From Candidatus Hodarchaeota archaeon (lineage in GTDB: Archaea > Asgardarchaeota > Lokiarchaeia > Sigyniarchaeales > SOKP01), in the NCBI GenBank assembly GCA_048887225.1, contig JBHLJY010000001.1, positions 352,001 to 416,000 on the forward strand: a stretch of 64,000 bases of DNA. The letters are read 5' to 3'. Of the stretch, positions 1 to 9,702 are shown piece by piece (positions within the stretch are counted from its first letter, which is position 1; the number at the start of each line of letters is the position of its first letter). Below the pieces are notes generated by a model. That model saw only the letters and a list, made by a program, of their open reading frames with translations. It was not told the origin of the DNA and did no database searches. The position numbers and the translations under genes are program-made.

Positions 1-2
1 TA

Positions 3-1685
3 GGAGGGTATAAAAATCTTGATTCTGCTTACCAAAGAAGAATTTGCTTAAGATATAATCTTACTATCCCAAAAAACGCTGTAATTTTAAATGCATACTT
101 AAATCTTACAGTTGAGAGTTGGAGTACGGTGGGTGGTTCTGCCTATAATGGATTTACAAGTCAAATTTGGACTTTCGATAATGTCTCAACGCCCGATTTC
201 TCAAATTCAGGAGAAAATATTATGAATACGCGATCTCGTGTCTCGGGACCAATAGATTGGCCGATGCCAGATTATATTACTATTACCAAAAACCAATCGT
301 ACTTATCACCAGATATCGCTTCTCTTTTGCAAAATATCGTTAATCGTGACAATTGGCAAAGTGCCAGTGAAAACAGCACTTTTGGGATTTATATTGATGC
401 ATCAACCGGATTAAATGAGCGATTATATTTCCATTCTTTTGACGGACCTAATCCTGATTATACACCAAAATTAATTGTTAATTGGGCGGAGCCTCTTACT
501 CCTACATATAAACAATCAGATTTCGATGCAACTGATCAACTTATAACAACAGACTATAACATAATAAATGTCATTGGAGTCTGGAACACTTCGGATCATT
601 CTTATGGAAATCTATATAATGAATCAAATGGAGATTATTTCACTGGAAATTATACCATTTTGAAAACTCCACAACCTTTGAATCAAACAGCTTTATGGAT
701 TAGATATGAATCAGATGAAATTCTTGTAGAATCAGACAACGAATTGAATATAAATGGTGAATCCATAGGAACAAGATCATTAAAATGGGCCAGATCTGAG
801 CCATCGATTCTTATACGTGATGAAAGTTTAAATTATATTATAGACATTGAAGATTACTATAATATTATAGACATTGAAGAAGAAGAAATTCTGACATTTT
901 ACATTGATTATAATAACTATACAAGACTAAATGGCAAAATTTCCTTTAATTTCGTTGATAATCTCGGAAGAAAAATGAGGTCCAATCCAATCCAATTTGG
1001 AAATACATCTTATGGAGATTGGCAAGAAATAGCACTACCTATTAATTACCAAAATTTTAGAATAGACACTGGGTTTGATTTCAAAGCGGAAAAATTAATT
1101 GAATTTGAATATAGTGGAACTGAGCAAGTGGAGATTTACATCGATCATATAAGCATCTATTCTAAAGATGCTTATAGCTCACATCAATATTTTACATATA
1201 ATTTACAAATAAGGTATTCGGATTTTAGCTATTTTCTCGCAAATGTTTTCCTGAAGCCAGCACTAAAAGAAAAGATAATACCCAATACCGGAGATCCCAA
1301 CCTTAAATGGAATCAAGACAGATCACATACGAGCTATTGGAACTTTCTTGACTTGATTGCAACGAGTAAAGTATTTGTAAACGAATGGGACGATGAAGAA
1401 TTTAATCAGCATTCGACAGGAGCCAACCTACTCTTAGAATGGTATGGTGTACAAAACCAATTTGAAGCATTTTGTTCGTTAATTGGCGCTGAAATTGAGG
1501 AATTAGAACCGGCCACCACGGAGGAGGATATATATCCCTACGCTCAAAAATTCGCAATGACGGCGATTTATTTTTCCTTAGGATTCATTGCCTCTCTTGC
1601 GAGCATTAAAAGGATAGGGAGATATCGAAGTAGAAAAAAAATAGAAAAAATAAGGAAAAAATACGGAAAAAAAATAATAAAGTAG
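3..1685 (+). CDS. 5'-truncated cell-surface protein (DNRLRE-like domain, CBM/galactose-binding-like domain, C-terminal TM helix and basic tail); paralog of 6103-9537
   Basis: Frame is open from the window edge (GGYKNLDSAYQRRICLRYNLTIPKNAVILNAYLNLTV...), so the GTG at 129 is not the true start. Colinear with the C-terminal half of the 1144 aa ORF. Confidence 0.85.
   Translation, partial: GGYKNLDSAYQRRICLRYNLTIPKNAVILNAYLNLTVESWSTVGGSAYNGFTSQIWTFDNVSTPDFSNSGENIMNTRSRVSGPIDWPMPDYITITKNQSYLSPDIASLLQNIVNRDNWQSASENSTFGIYIDASTGLNERLYFHSFDGPNPDYTPKLIVNWAEPLTPTYKQSDFDATDQLITTDYNIINVIGVWNTSDHSYGNLYNESNGDYFTGNYTILKTPQPLNQTALWIRYESDEILVESDNELNINGESIGTRSLKWARSEPSILIRDESLNYIIDIEDYYNIIDIEEEEILTFYIDYNNYTRLNGKISFNFVDNLGRKMRSNPIQFGNTSYGDWQEIALPINYQNFRIDTGFDFKAEKLIEFEYSGTEQVEIYIDHISIYSKDAYSSHQYFTYNLQIRYSDFSYFLANVFLKPALKEKIIPNTGDPNLKWNQDRSHTSYWNFLDLIATSKVFVNEWDDEEFNQHSTGANLLLEWYGVQNQFEAFCSLIGAEIEELEPATTEEDIYPYAQKFAMTAIYFSLGFIASLASIKRIGRYRSRKKIEKIRKKYGKKIIK
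835..880 (+). repeat. 27-bp-period in-frame tandem duplication (ATATTATAGACATTGAAGA x2)
   Basis: Identical 19-mers at 835-853 and 862-880. Adds 9 aa (IIDIEDYYN) relative to the paralog. Confidence 0.85.
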
Positions 1686-1694
1686 TGAAAGGAA

Positions 1695-2780
1695 ATGGAA
1701 AAAAGCAAATCTAAATATCCGGAAACATTAGGAATAGTTATAGCGAAAGTATCTCAGAGTTTAAAGAGAAATCGTAAAATTGTAATTTCCATCTTTATTG
1801 GAATAGTTTTACCCTGGATTTTATCGTTAATTTTCGTCATTGCTTTAGACCGAACGCATGGATTGTCTGATGAGCTTACAGAGGACGCTGGACTTTTGTT
1901 TCGAATAATAATCTTTTATACTTTTACTTTAACATACGATCTTCCTGTCCTTGGGAAAGGGTTTTGGCTTTGTATCTTTATTTGGGCTGCCACAGGGCTG
2001 TTTATTGGACTTATTTCACAAAAGATGGGGAAGAGTTTAATTGCAGCATTGATCGGGTTAGGAGTTAATTTTATTCTCTATTTGGTCCTAATTCCAGTAC
2101 CCTATACGTCATTTCCAGATGATATGGACATTGATACATTAATTTTTACAAAAGTTTATTCTGAATTTGTTCTAGCTACACCATATTATCTTTTATTTCT
2201 GATTTTATTTCACTCGTTTGCCTTTCCTATCTTAATGCTTTTCACGCTATTAGGGATATTGTTTAACCCACCAAGAAGAACTCGTGTGACTCCTTCTGAG
2301 GTTTTACCTGAGAAGATTAAATCAGAAGCCATTTCGGAACCGAAAGTTAAAGCAGAACCAGTAACTGACATAGCAACTAAAGAAGAGAAGAAACTGAGAG
2401 GATTTGCTGGGATTGTTTATAATCAATTCCAACCTTTAAATGCTAACGAAGAATTTAAAGAAAAATTCAAAAAGACATCTCTTAAGATTCTTTTGAACCC
2501 TATTGATGAATCAACAGCAGCCTTGGTAATTATGGATAAAGGAACTTTTAACGTACAGGAATACAAGAAATTTGATCCTCTCATGAAAATGGATAAAAAG
2601 AAAATTGGATTTGATGCGCTGTTACAAGTGCCAACTGAAATGATGTTTGACATTGCTATGGGAAAAATTTCTACAATGCAATTATTAAAAGCGACGAGGA
2701 AAGACAAAGATATAATAGTTAAAGGAAAATTAAAACTTTTGAAACTGACAAAAGCTCTTGGATTGCTAGCAAAAAGTTAA
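1695..2780 (+). CDS. Multi-pass membrane protein with C-terminal SCP2/sterol-carrier-like domain
   Basis: About 5 hydrophobic segments, a Pro/Glu linker, then an SCP2-like pattern (DALLQVPTEMMFDIAMGKIS...IIVKGKLKLLKL). Confidence 0.65.
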   Translation: MEKSKSKYPETLGIVIAKVSQSLKRNRKIVISIFIGIVLPWILSLIFVIALDRTHGLSDELTEDAGLLFRIIIFYTFTLTYDLPVLGKGFWLCIFIWAATGLFIGLISQKMGKSLIAALIGLGVNFILYLVLIPVPYTSFPDDMDIDTLIFTKVYSEFVLATPYYLLFLILFHSFAFPILMLFTLLGILFNPPRRTRVTPSEVLPEKIKSEAISEPKVKAEPVTDIATKEEKKLRGFAGIVYNQFQPLNANEEFKEKFKKTSLKILLNPIDESTAALVIMDKGTFNVQEYKKFDPLMKMDKKKIGFDALLQVPTEMMFDIAMGKISTMQLLKATRKDKDIIVKGKLKLLKLTKALGLLAKS

Positions 2781-2806
2781 AAATCATATCAAAATATAGA
2801 ATTAAA

Positions 2807-2822
2807 TTTTTTTTTTTTTTTT
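2807..2822 (+). terminator. Poly-T archaeal-type terminator
   Basis: T16 run about 25 bp after the stop codon at 2780. Confidence 0.55.
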
Positions 2823-2912
2823 AATATTATTTTGAATAAATAAAAATTATTCAATGGAGAATTAAGAAGTAGAAAGAATTTTCTAAAAAAATTGTTTTTT
2901 TAAAAAACGCAG

Positions 2913-3623
2913 ATGAAAGAATCAATTAAAGGAAAAACTAAGACACGTAAGATAGAGTTTGAAATACTAGAATATATAAACGAAAAACCTAATGGAGTGA
3001 CTATAACTGAAATTTCAAAGAACATAGGTTTTTCGAGAAATACTATTTCCAAATATATTTCAATCTTGGAATTAAAAAAAAAAATAGTAAGTAAAAAAAT
3101 AGGGGCTTATCGTTTATACTTTAGTACTAAGATGAAGGTTCTCTTAAAAATATTTACAGAAGTTTATTATAAAGCACTTTTAGCTGGTTTAAAGGACGAA
3201 TTTCCAGATGCAGAGGAAACTTTTAAAGAAATTGGTCGAAATAGCCTCGAATTTATAGATAATTATCTTACTTCTTCGAACTCGGAAAAATTAAAAGGTA
3301 TAAAGATTAATCTCCTCTTAAAATTATATTATGATGTGTTTGGTAAATTCAATTCTTCTCTCAATAGAATTCAACCTATTATCAACCTTTCAAAGAGAAG
3401 AAAAGAAGGAACGACTAAATTTATATTAAGACATACGGATTCTGAATTTTTAGATAATTCTAATAAATTTATATATCATTATTATATTATTGCTGGCCTT
3501 ATTGAGGCAATTTGGAAAAAGAAAATAAATAGAGATGCGGTATGCAACGTTGAGACGATATATGTTTCTGACGATAAAGAGCACTCATATATTGAATTTT
3601 CAATTGAAGTTGAAAAGCGTTAA
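2913..3623 (+). CDS. Winged-helix transcriptional regulator with C-terminal V4R/H-NOX-like ligand-binding domain
   Basis: HTH motif GVTITEISKNIGFSRNTISKYISILE; C-terminal FKEIGR...HYYIIAGLIEA...CNVE pattern. Confidence 0.7.
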   Translation: MKESIKGKTKTRKIEFEILEYINEKPNGVTITEISKNIGFSRNTISKYISILELKKKIVSKKIGAYRLYFSTKMKVLLKIFTEVYYKALLAGLKDEFPDAEETFKEIGRNSLEFIDNYLTSSNSEKLKGIKINLLLKLYYDVFGKFNSSLNRIQPIINLSKRRKEGTTKFILRHTDSEFLDNSNKFIYHYYIIAGLIEAIWKKKINRDAVCNVETIYVSDDKEHSYIEFSIEVEKR

Positions 3624-3739
3624 AAAAAGAGATGAAAAATACTTAGATTGACTTTATTTAATTTCAGTAAGAAAAAATTAATAAGCCCTTCTTTTTCTAG
3701 TATTAAGAAGGTATGATTAAAAGAATATATTAAAGCAAA

Positions 3740-4048
3740 GTGGGATTTTTGACTTTAAAAGTTGTTCAAGACCTTTGGATTCTTTTAGATAGCGGAATAG
3801 TCCTATTTAGTAGAGTATATAATCCAAAAATCAACCAACAGCTTTTTGGTTCTTTGATGACAGCTTTAAATAGTTTTGCGGGAGAACTTGCTGCTGGAGG
3901 TCTTACAAGTTTTGAGCTCAAATAAATTCGATTTACTTTAATAAAAAATAAAAAATTTATATTTGTAGCAAACTCTTTAAAAAAAATTAAGGAAAAGCGC
4001 GTTTTTGAAGAATTTAAAAGCATTGCAATGGTGAGAAAAAAGGGATAA
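3740..4048 (+). pseudogene. Longin/roadblock-like gene interrupted by an in-frame TAA and apparently 3'-truncated
   Basis: QDLWILLDSGIVLFSR...QLFGSLMTALNSFA...GGLTSFELK*IRFTLIKNKKFIFVANS. The family-like sequence continues in frame after TAA 3923-3925 to TAA 4046-4048. Confidence 0.7.
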
Positions 4049-4081
4049 AACTCATAAAAAGAAGAAAAATTGAGGAGGTAG

Positions 4082-6106
4082 ATGAAAATGAATAGATTCC
4101 ATACTAAAATTAAATTACTCCCTATAGTTTTCCTTTTTTCTATTTTTATCCCGTTTTTGATTCTGCCGTTCTTTAGTAGTAGGCCTTTTAATCCTTCTTC
4201 CAATTCTTCAGAAGAACAGGCTCAAACTAAGGAACACGATACACCTCCTAAATTACCTCCCTCGATTTCAGGTATAAATCATACAAATGATATTTTTCCC
4301 ATAAAAGCCTCAGCGGATGATGCTACGAATAATGAATCTGGTCCTCCTTATATAAACTACACTTCTCATACTCTAACTGTAGGAGGGAAGAGAAATGATG
4401 ATGACATAAGACAGAGAAGAATCTGTTTGCGATTTAACGTTTTACTCCCAAAATATGCTAAAATCCATAATGCTTACTTAAATCTTACGGGATCCCAAGT
4501 ATCCCCATCGGTCCTGGGAGGGGGGTTAAGATTTTTTGTGATTCAAGATATAGCTACACCTGATTTTTCAAATACAAATGAAAACGTTTATAAGGAACGA
4601 CCCATAAGTGATTATGTAGATGATTTTGGATCTGGTCCTGATGAAAACCAGACAATTCAGTATGATGTTAAAAATCTTGTAGAATATATTACTGGCGAAT
4701 CTGATTGGGAAAATAATAGCATTATAGGATTTATAATTAAACCAGTTAAACCAGCTAGCACAGATTCCTGGACCAACAAATATTTTAATTTCTGGTCGTT
4801 TGATAGTCCCGATCCCAAATACTATCCGAAATTAATTGTAGATTGGGAAGAGACACCCATTATTACGTCTAAACCTGCGGATCAAACTATAAATAATAAC
4901 ACTCTAGGCTATTATATAGAGTGGACCGCTGTGGACGACAATCCAACGATCTATACTATTGAATGTAATTATACGGGGTCTTTCGTACAAGTGGAAAACG
5001 ATACGTGGCAATCTGGTGTTGAGATTAGGTATAATATACCAAAACTCGATATTGGCGTTTCTGATTATATAATTGTTAATTATACTATTAACATTACTGA
5101 TGCAGATGGAAAATTTGACTGGGATTCAGTCCTTATTAATGTTACTGATTTAGGACTCCCTGTTTTCTCTGATGTTAGACTTTTACAAGGGGATGCTAAT
5201 TTTACTTACAATGAGAGGGATTATTTTATATGTGGTGATGGTCCGTTTTCCTTGCAGATGTTTAACAGTACTCCTGTCAATAATATTGAACTTGAGCTTA
5301 CTGCATATTGTCCAGACTATCAATTATCTTTTGATTTATCTTACCAATGGTATTTTGAACCATATACTTACTGTCCAGTGATATTCGAGTTAAATTATAG
5401 CACTGAATTGGGATGCTTTAATTTTACGCCCCCCTTTTGGGCTTATTATTTATGGGCCTGGTGGATAAAGGGCTTACCGAACCCCGTATTTTTTTTGAAT
5501 AGGACAGTTACCTCTATTTCGTATAATATTTTAAATTTTCTTAACTTAACGGTTGATGGGGGGTCAGATTTCATTGTAGGAGATACAATAGTATTTGCTC
5601 CTGCAATCTATGAAATCTTAAATAAGGATACTCGTCCACCGAAATATGGAAATCCAGAATTTATTGAACCGGATGATCCTGACGAGCATTATGCAATAAA
5701 TATGCGGGCATGGGAAGGTAATGAATATGAATCAGGAGTTTCTGAGGTTTTACTTTATTATTCGGTTGACGATGGTAAATGGAGAGAAGTCCCCATGCTA
5801 TTATCTCAAGAATTGTATAAAGGGGAAATTCCACCCCAACCAGAGGGAGTGGACTTAGACTATTATATAGTAATTAGAGATGTTGCTGGAAATTCAATTA
5901 CTACAAAAGTATATTCTGAAAAAACCGTTGATTTTGAAGGGAACCCAGTGATTGTTCTATTACTCATTCTTATTATTGCAATGATCGGAGCAATTTCAAC
6001 TGTATTAATCTACAAATTATTGCGAAGAACATTTTCAAAAAAAAAATATAAAATGGAAATTAAAATGGAATCTAAAAGAAAATTATCGAAATTAAAGGAG
6101 GTTTGA
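4082..6106 (+). CDS. Cell-surface protein: N-terminal signal/TM, DNRLRE-like domain, Ig-like domains, C-terminal TM anchor
   Basis: SD GAGGAGGT (ATG 4088 also possible). DDAT...TLTVGG...RICLRFNVLLPKYAKIHNAYLNLT...FWSFDSPDPKYYPKLIVDW; many NxS/T sequons; C-terminal hydrophobic helix plus Lys tail. Confidence 0.8.
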   Translation: MKMNRFHTKIKLLPIVFLFSIFIPFLILPFFSSRPFNPSSNSSEEQAQTKEHDTPPKLPPSISGINHTNDIFPIKASADDATNNESGPPYINYTSHTLTVGGKRNDDDIRQRRICLRFNVLLPKYAKIHNAYLNLTGSQVSPSVLGGGLRFFVIQDIATPDFSNTNENVYKERPISDYVDDFGSGPDENQTIQYDVKNLVEYITGESDWENNSIIGFIIKPVKPASTDSWTNKYFNFWSFDSPDPKYYPKLIVDWEETPIITSKPADQTINNNTLGYYIEWTAVDDNPTIYTIECNYTGSFVQVENDTWQSGVEIRYNIPKLDIGVSDYIIVNYTINITDADGKFDWDSVLINVTDLGLPVFSDVRLLQGDANFTYNERDYFICGDGPFSLQMFNSTPVNNIELELTAYCPDYQLSFDLSYQWYFEPYTYCPVIFELNYSTELGCFNFTPPFWAYYLWAWWIKGLPNPVFFLNRTVTSISYNILNFLNLTVDGGSDFIVGDTIVFAPAIYEILNKDTRPPKYGNPEFIEPDDPDEHYAINMRAWEGNEYESGVSEVLLYYSVDDGKWREVPMLLSQELYKGEIPPQPEGVDLDYYIVIRDVAGNSITTKVYSEKTVDFEGNPVIVLLLILIIAMIGAISTVLIYKLLRRTFSKKKYKMEIKMESKRKLSKLKEV

Positions 6107-9100
6107 AAAAAATGAGAGGTAGTGGAACATTGAAAAAAATCGCACCTTTTTTGGCTGTTGTAGGAATTTTCACAGCAGTGATCACTCCTTTAGGATTACA
6201 TACAATAAACGAATTAACGCCTTATTTAAATTTAGCGGACGTTATGATGATGCCTGAAGCATTAGAAGTTGACTCTATGGAGGTAGTTGATAAAAAATAT
6301 GATAAAACTGCTGAAGAATGGCTTTTGTCTATCTCAAAAACAGAGATTAACACAAATTATCCTATCTATGAAGTTAATGGAATTTTCCTACAAAGCGAAT
6401 ACGGTTTAGATCATCCTATAAATCATTATAATAGAAAAGTATTAATCTCCGATAACTCAATAGATTTATCCGAAGCTCCCTTGCCAGGTTCAGGTCAAAT
6501 TCCTGTAGTCGTAGAATATACTATTAAAGAATGGACATCAATAACATGGCTTTTTAATTTGAAACTCAGCAATCGAGGTGATAATGATATATTATTTCCT
6601 GCCGCCAACGTCACGATCGAATATTTAGATGATACATTAGGAGAAGGATGGATCCTTCACGATTACGAAGTTCGTGCTCATCAGGACGAAATAATTAATC
6701 TCTATTTAAGAATGGAAAACAATGAACTGACTTCAAGTTTCGTAAATGCTTTGCTGCTTGGCTTACCTTTAGAGTTAACAGGAGTCCTTGAAGCTTATAT
6801 ACTTATTGAAGACGCAAACGGAGATCCTCTATTACCTATTAAACAGTCTCAGAAATTTGATTTTGTATTGCCTGCTGTAAAGAGAGGTCCTCCTCCTTTC
6901 ATCTGGTCGCTAACTAGAGGTGGAGTCTCCGCATATGAAGAGGTAGAGATTATTATAACAGCGACGGACGAAGGAACAGGAATAAATGCCAGACCTTCCA
7001 CTCCCCCTTATTCCCCAAATGAATATCGATCATATATTTACTATTCTATTGATAATGGTATCTCCTGGGAACGAACCCAGCTAAAAGGGCCTCCATGGGA
7101 TACTGAATTTAAAGGAAGATCGCTAGAGGGTTATTATCCAATAAGCTCAACTTTTTCACCACAAACTTATTCAGCAGAAATACCTGGATTTCCAGGAGGC
7201 ACTCAAGTTCTTTTCTATGTTTATCTTGAAGATTATGCTGATAATATTGATCATGAAAAACCAGGCAATTGGGCTACATCCCAAACATATTCATATGTTG
7301 TTCCTTCTGGCGGGATGTTATCATCATTTTCGGTTGAGTTCGAGGAAAGTACTGAGGATTCAATTGGGGAGAAGTTTTTTAACTGGCTGGATGAGAATGG
7401 TTTTAATCAAGATCACTTTCTATCTTTAAGTGGCATAAAAATATTCGAATCGGCTTATCTGGGTCCATATGATCCTATAATACAGTTATTCGAAGATTTT
7501 GCCGATTTACTTTATGACAAGGATGTAGACTCAACTTATGTAGTTTCAACTTTTCTTGCCGGCGATAGCGACTTCGCAGGGAGGATAATAGCAGATTCTG
7601 GTGTAGCTCCAACTTATTTATTAATTGGTTTGGGAATAGACCTTGATGACCTCTTTACTTACATTGTAGATCATATATTTTTACCCGTAAACTCTGAATT
7701 TAATTACCTTGCGCAACAAAGACTCGACGAGATATTTATCGTTGATGACTTGGAAGGTTCTTTTCCAGGGGATTGGAGTCTGACCCCTTCATATAGAAAT
7801 GAATATGATGATTCAAAATTTACAAAGATCCAACTTAATGATATATACACTATAGAGTATTCTGATGACGATGCATGGACATGGAATCAGGATCCTAGGA
7901 CAAATTCTGACAGCGTTACTCTTGAATTAGGGGGTCATCTGGCCTATACACAGAATCTCCAAAAAAGAATTTGTTTAAGATATAATCTTACTATCCCAAA
8001 AAACGCTGTAATTTTAAATGCATACTTAAATCTTACAGTTGCCGGTACTGGAGGCATTTATAATGGATTTACAAGTCGAATTTGGACTTTCGATACTGTT
8101 TCAACACCTGATTTCTCAGATTCAGGAGAAAATATTATGGAAACACGATCTCGTGTCCCAGAATACATCTCTTGGCCGATGCCATATCCTATTTCCATCA
8201 ACCAGGCATATTTATCACAAGATATCGCTTCGCTTTTGCAAAATATCGTTAATCGTGACAATTGGCAAAGTGCCAGTGAAAACAGCATTTTTGGGATTTA
8301 TATTGATGCATCTACAGATTATAATGAGCGATTACATTTCCATTCTGTTGACTTGTATAATCCTGATTATACACCAAAATTAATTGTTAATTGGGCGGAG
8401 CCTCCTACTCCTACATATAAACAATCAGATTTCGATGCAACTGATCAACTTATAACAACAGACTATAACATAATAAATGTCATTGGAGTCTGGAACACTT
8501 CGGATCATTCTTATGGAAATCTATATAATGAATCAAATGGAGATTATTTCACTGGAAATTATATCATTTTAAAAACTCCACAACCTCTAAATCAAACAGC
8601 TTTATGGATTAGGTATGAATCAGATGAAATTTTTATAGAATCGGACAATATAATATGGATAAATAGTGAACCTATAGGAACAAGATCATTAAAATGGGTC
8701 AACAATGAGCCTTCGATTCTTATATGTGATGATACTTTAAACTATGTTATAGACATTGAAGAAGAAGAAATTCTGACTTTTTACCTTAAATATGATAACT
8801 ATACAAGATTAAATGGCAAAATTTCATTTAATTTTGTTGATAATCTCGGAAGGAAAATGAGATCCAATCCAATAGAATTTATGAATACAGGAAGTTTTCA
8901 AGAAATTCCAATACCTATTAATCTCCAAAATTTTAGAATAGATAACGGGTTTGATTTCGAAGCAATTAATAAAGTAGAATTTGAATATAGTGGAACTGAG
9001 CAAGTAAATGTTTGGATCGATTATTTATGCATCTATTCTCGAGATGCTTATAGTTCACATCGATATTTTACATATGATTTACAAATAACTAATGAGAGAA

Positions 9101-9537
9101 TTGATTCTTTTCTCGATACAAAGTTCCTCTCAGCCCTATTTTATGAAGATATAATAAATGAAGCTGATTGGAGACCGAACTATACGCGCACGAGTTATTG
9201 GAACTTTCTTGACTTGATTGCAACGAGCAAGGTATTTATAAACGAATTGGGCGATGAAGAATTTAATCAGCACATGACAGCAGCTAACCTACTTTTAGAA
9301 TGGTGGGGTGTACAAAAACATTTTGAAGCACTTTGCTCATTAATAGGTGCCAAAATTGATGAATTAGAACCGGCCATCACTGATGAGGATATATATCCCT
9401 ACGCTCAAAAATTCGCAATGACGGCAATCTATCTCTCCTTAGGATTTATTGCCTCTCTTGTAGCCATTAAAAGGATAGGTAGATATCGAACTAGAAAAAA
9501 AATAGAAGAAATACGAAAAAAATATGGAAAAAAATAA
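6103..9537 (+). CDS. Large surface protein anchored at both ends (LEA_2-like, Ig-like, DNRLRE-like, CBM-like domains)
   Basis: 1144 aa ORF overlapping the upstream stop, SD AAGGAGG, hydrophobic helices at N and C termini; domain motifs recognised by eye. Confidence 0.8.
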   Translation: MKKMRGSGTLKKIAPFLAVVGIFTAVITPLGLHTINELTPYLNLADVMMMPEALEVDSMEVVDKKYDKTAEEWLLSISKTEINTNYPIYEVNGIFLQSEYGLDHPINHYNRKVLISDNSIDLSEAPLPGSGQIPVVVEYTIKEWTSITWLFNLKLSNRGDNDILFPAANVTIEYLDDTLGEGWILHDYEVRAHQDEIINLYLRMENNELTSSFVNALLLGLPLELTGVLEAYILIEDANGDPLLPIKQSQKFDFVLPAVKRGPPPFIWSLTRGGVSAYEEVEIIITATDEGTGINARPSTPPYSPNEYRSYIYYSIDNGISWERTQLKGPPWDTEFKGRSLEGYYPISSTFSPQTYSAEIPGFPGGTQVLFYVYLEDYADNIDHEKPGNWATSQTYSYVVPSGGMLSSFSVEFEESTEDSIGEKFFNWLDENGFNQDHFLSLSGIKIFESAYLGPYDPIIQLFEDFADLLYDKDVDSTYVVSTFLAGDSDFAGRIIADSGVAPTYLLIGLGIDLDDLFTYIVDHIFLPVNSEFNYLAQQRLDEIFIVDDLEGSFPGDWSLTPSYRNEYDDSKFTKIQLNDIYTIEYSDDDAWTWNQDPRTNSDSVTLELGGHLAYTQNLQKRICLRYNLTIPKNAVILNAYLNLTVAGTGGIYNGFTSRIWTFDTVSTPDFSDSGENIMETRSRVPEYISWPMPYPISINQAYLSQDIASLLQNIVNRDNWQSASENSIFGIYIDASTDYNERLHFHSVDLYNPDYTPKLIVNWAEPPTPTYKQSDFDATDQLITTDYNIINVIGVWNTSDHSYGNLYNESNGDYFTGNYIILKTPQPLNQTALWIRYESDEIFIESDNIIWINSEPIGTRSLKWVNNEPSILICDDTLNYVIDIEEEEILTFYLKYDNYTRLNGKISFNFVDNLGRKMRSNPIEFMNTGSFQEIPIPINLQNFRIDNGFDFEAINKVEFEYSGTEQVNVWIDYLCIYSRDAYSSHRYFTYDLQITNERIDSFLDTKFLSALFYEDIINEADWRPNYTRTSYWNFLDLIATSKVFINELGDEEFNQHMTAANLLLEWWGVQKHFEALCSLIGAKIDELEPAITDEDIYPYAQKFAMTAIYLSLGFIASLVAIKRIGRYRTRKKIEEIRKKYGKK

Positions 9538-9600
9538 TAACACGGTGAAAGTAAATGGTAAAAAACTATCTGGAAACATTAGGAATAATTATTGGGAAAA
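7927..9600 (+). repeat. Segmental duplication; second copy of 1-1750
   Basis: Long near-identical DNA blocks (about 450-660 vs 8360-8570) alternate with diverged blocks. Similarity runs past the stop into the start of the next gene. Confidence 0.9.
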
Positions 9601-9668
9601 ATGCATCAACACGATTTTTTCTATTTCATGTAAAAATTAAAACTAAATCAAATTCTTTAATTTTATGA
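9555..9668 (+). pseudogene. 5' remnant of the membrane/SCP2 gene (1695-2780)
   Basis: MVKNYLETLGIIIGK vs MEKSKSKYPETLGIVIAK; shared GGAAACATTAGGAATA; similarity ends at about 9600. Confidence 0.75.
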
Positions 9669-9702
9669 AAAAGATAAGTAATTAAATAAATATTTATAAA
9701 AA

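Noticed and set aside
3923-3925. Stop-codon reassignment or Sec/Pyl readthrough at in-frame TAA (also 16610)
   Set aside because: TAA is the normal terminator of many genes here (trpA, trpG, tbp); Sec uses TGA and Pyl uses TAG.
1-9600. Diversity-generating retroelement as the cause of paralog variation
   Set aside because: No reverse transcriptase in the window, differences are not adenine-restricted, and both copies are coding.
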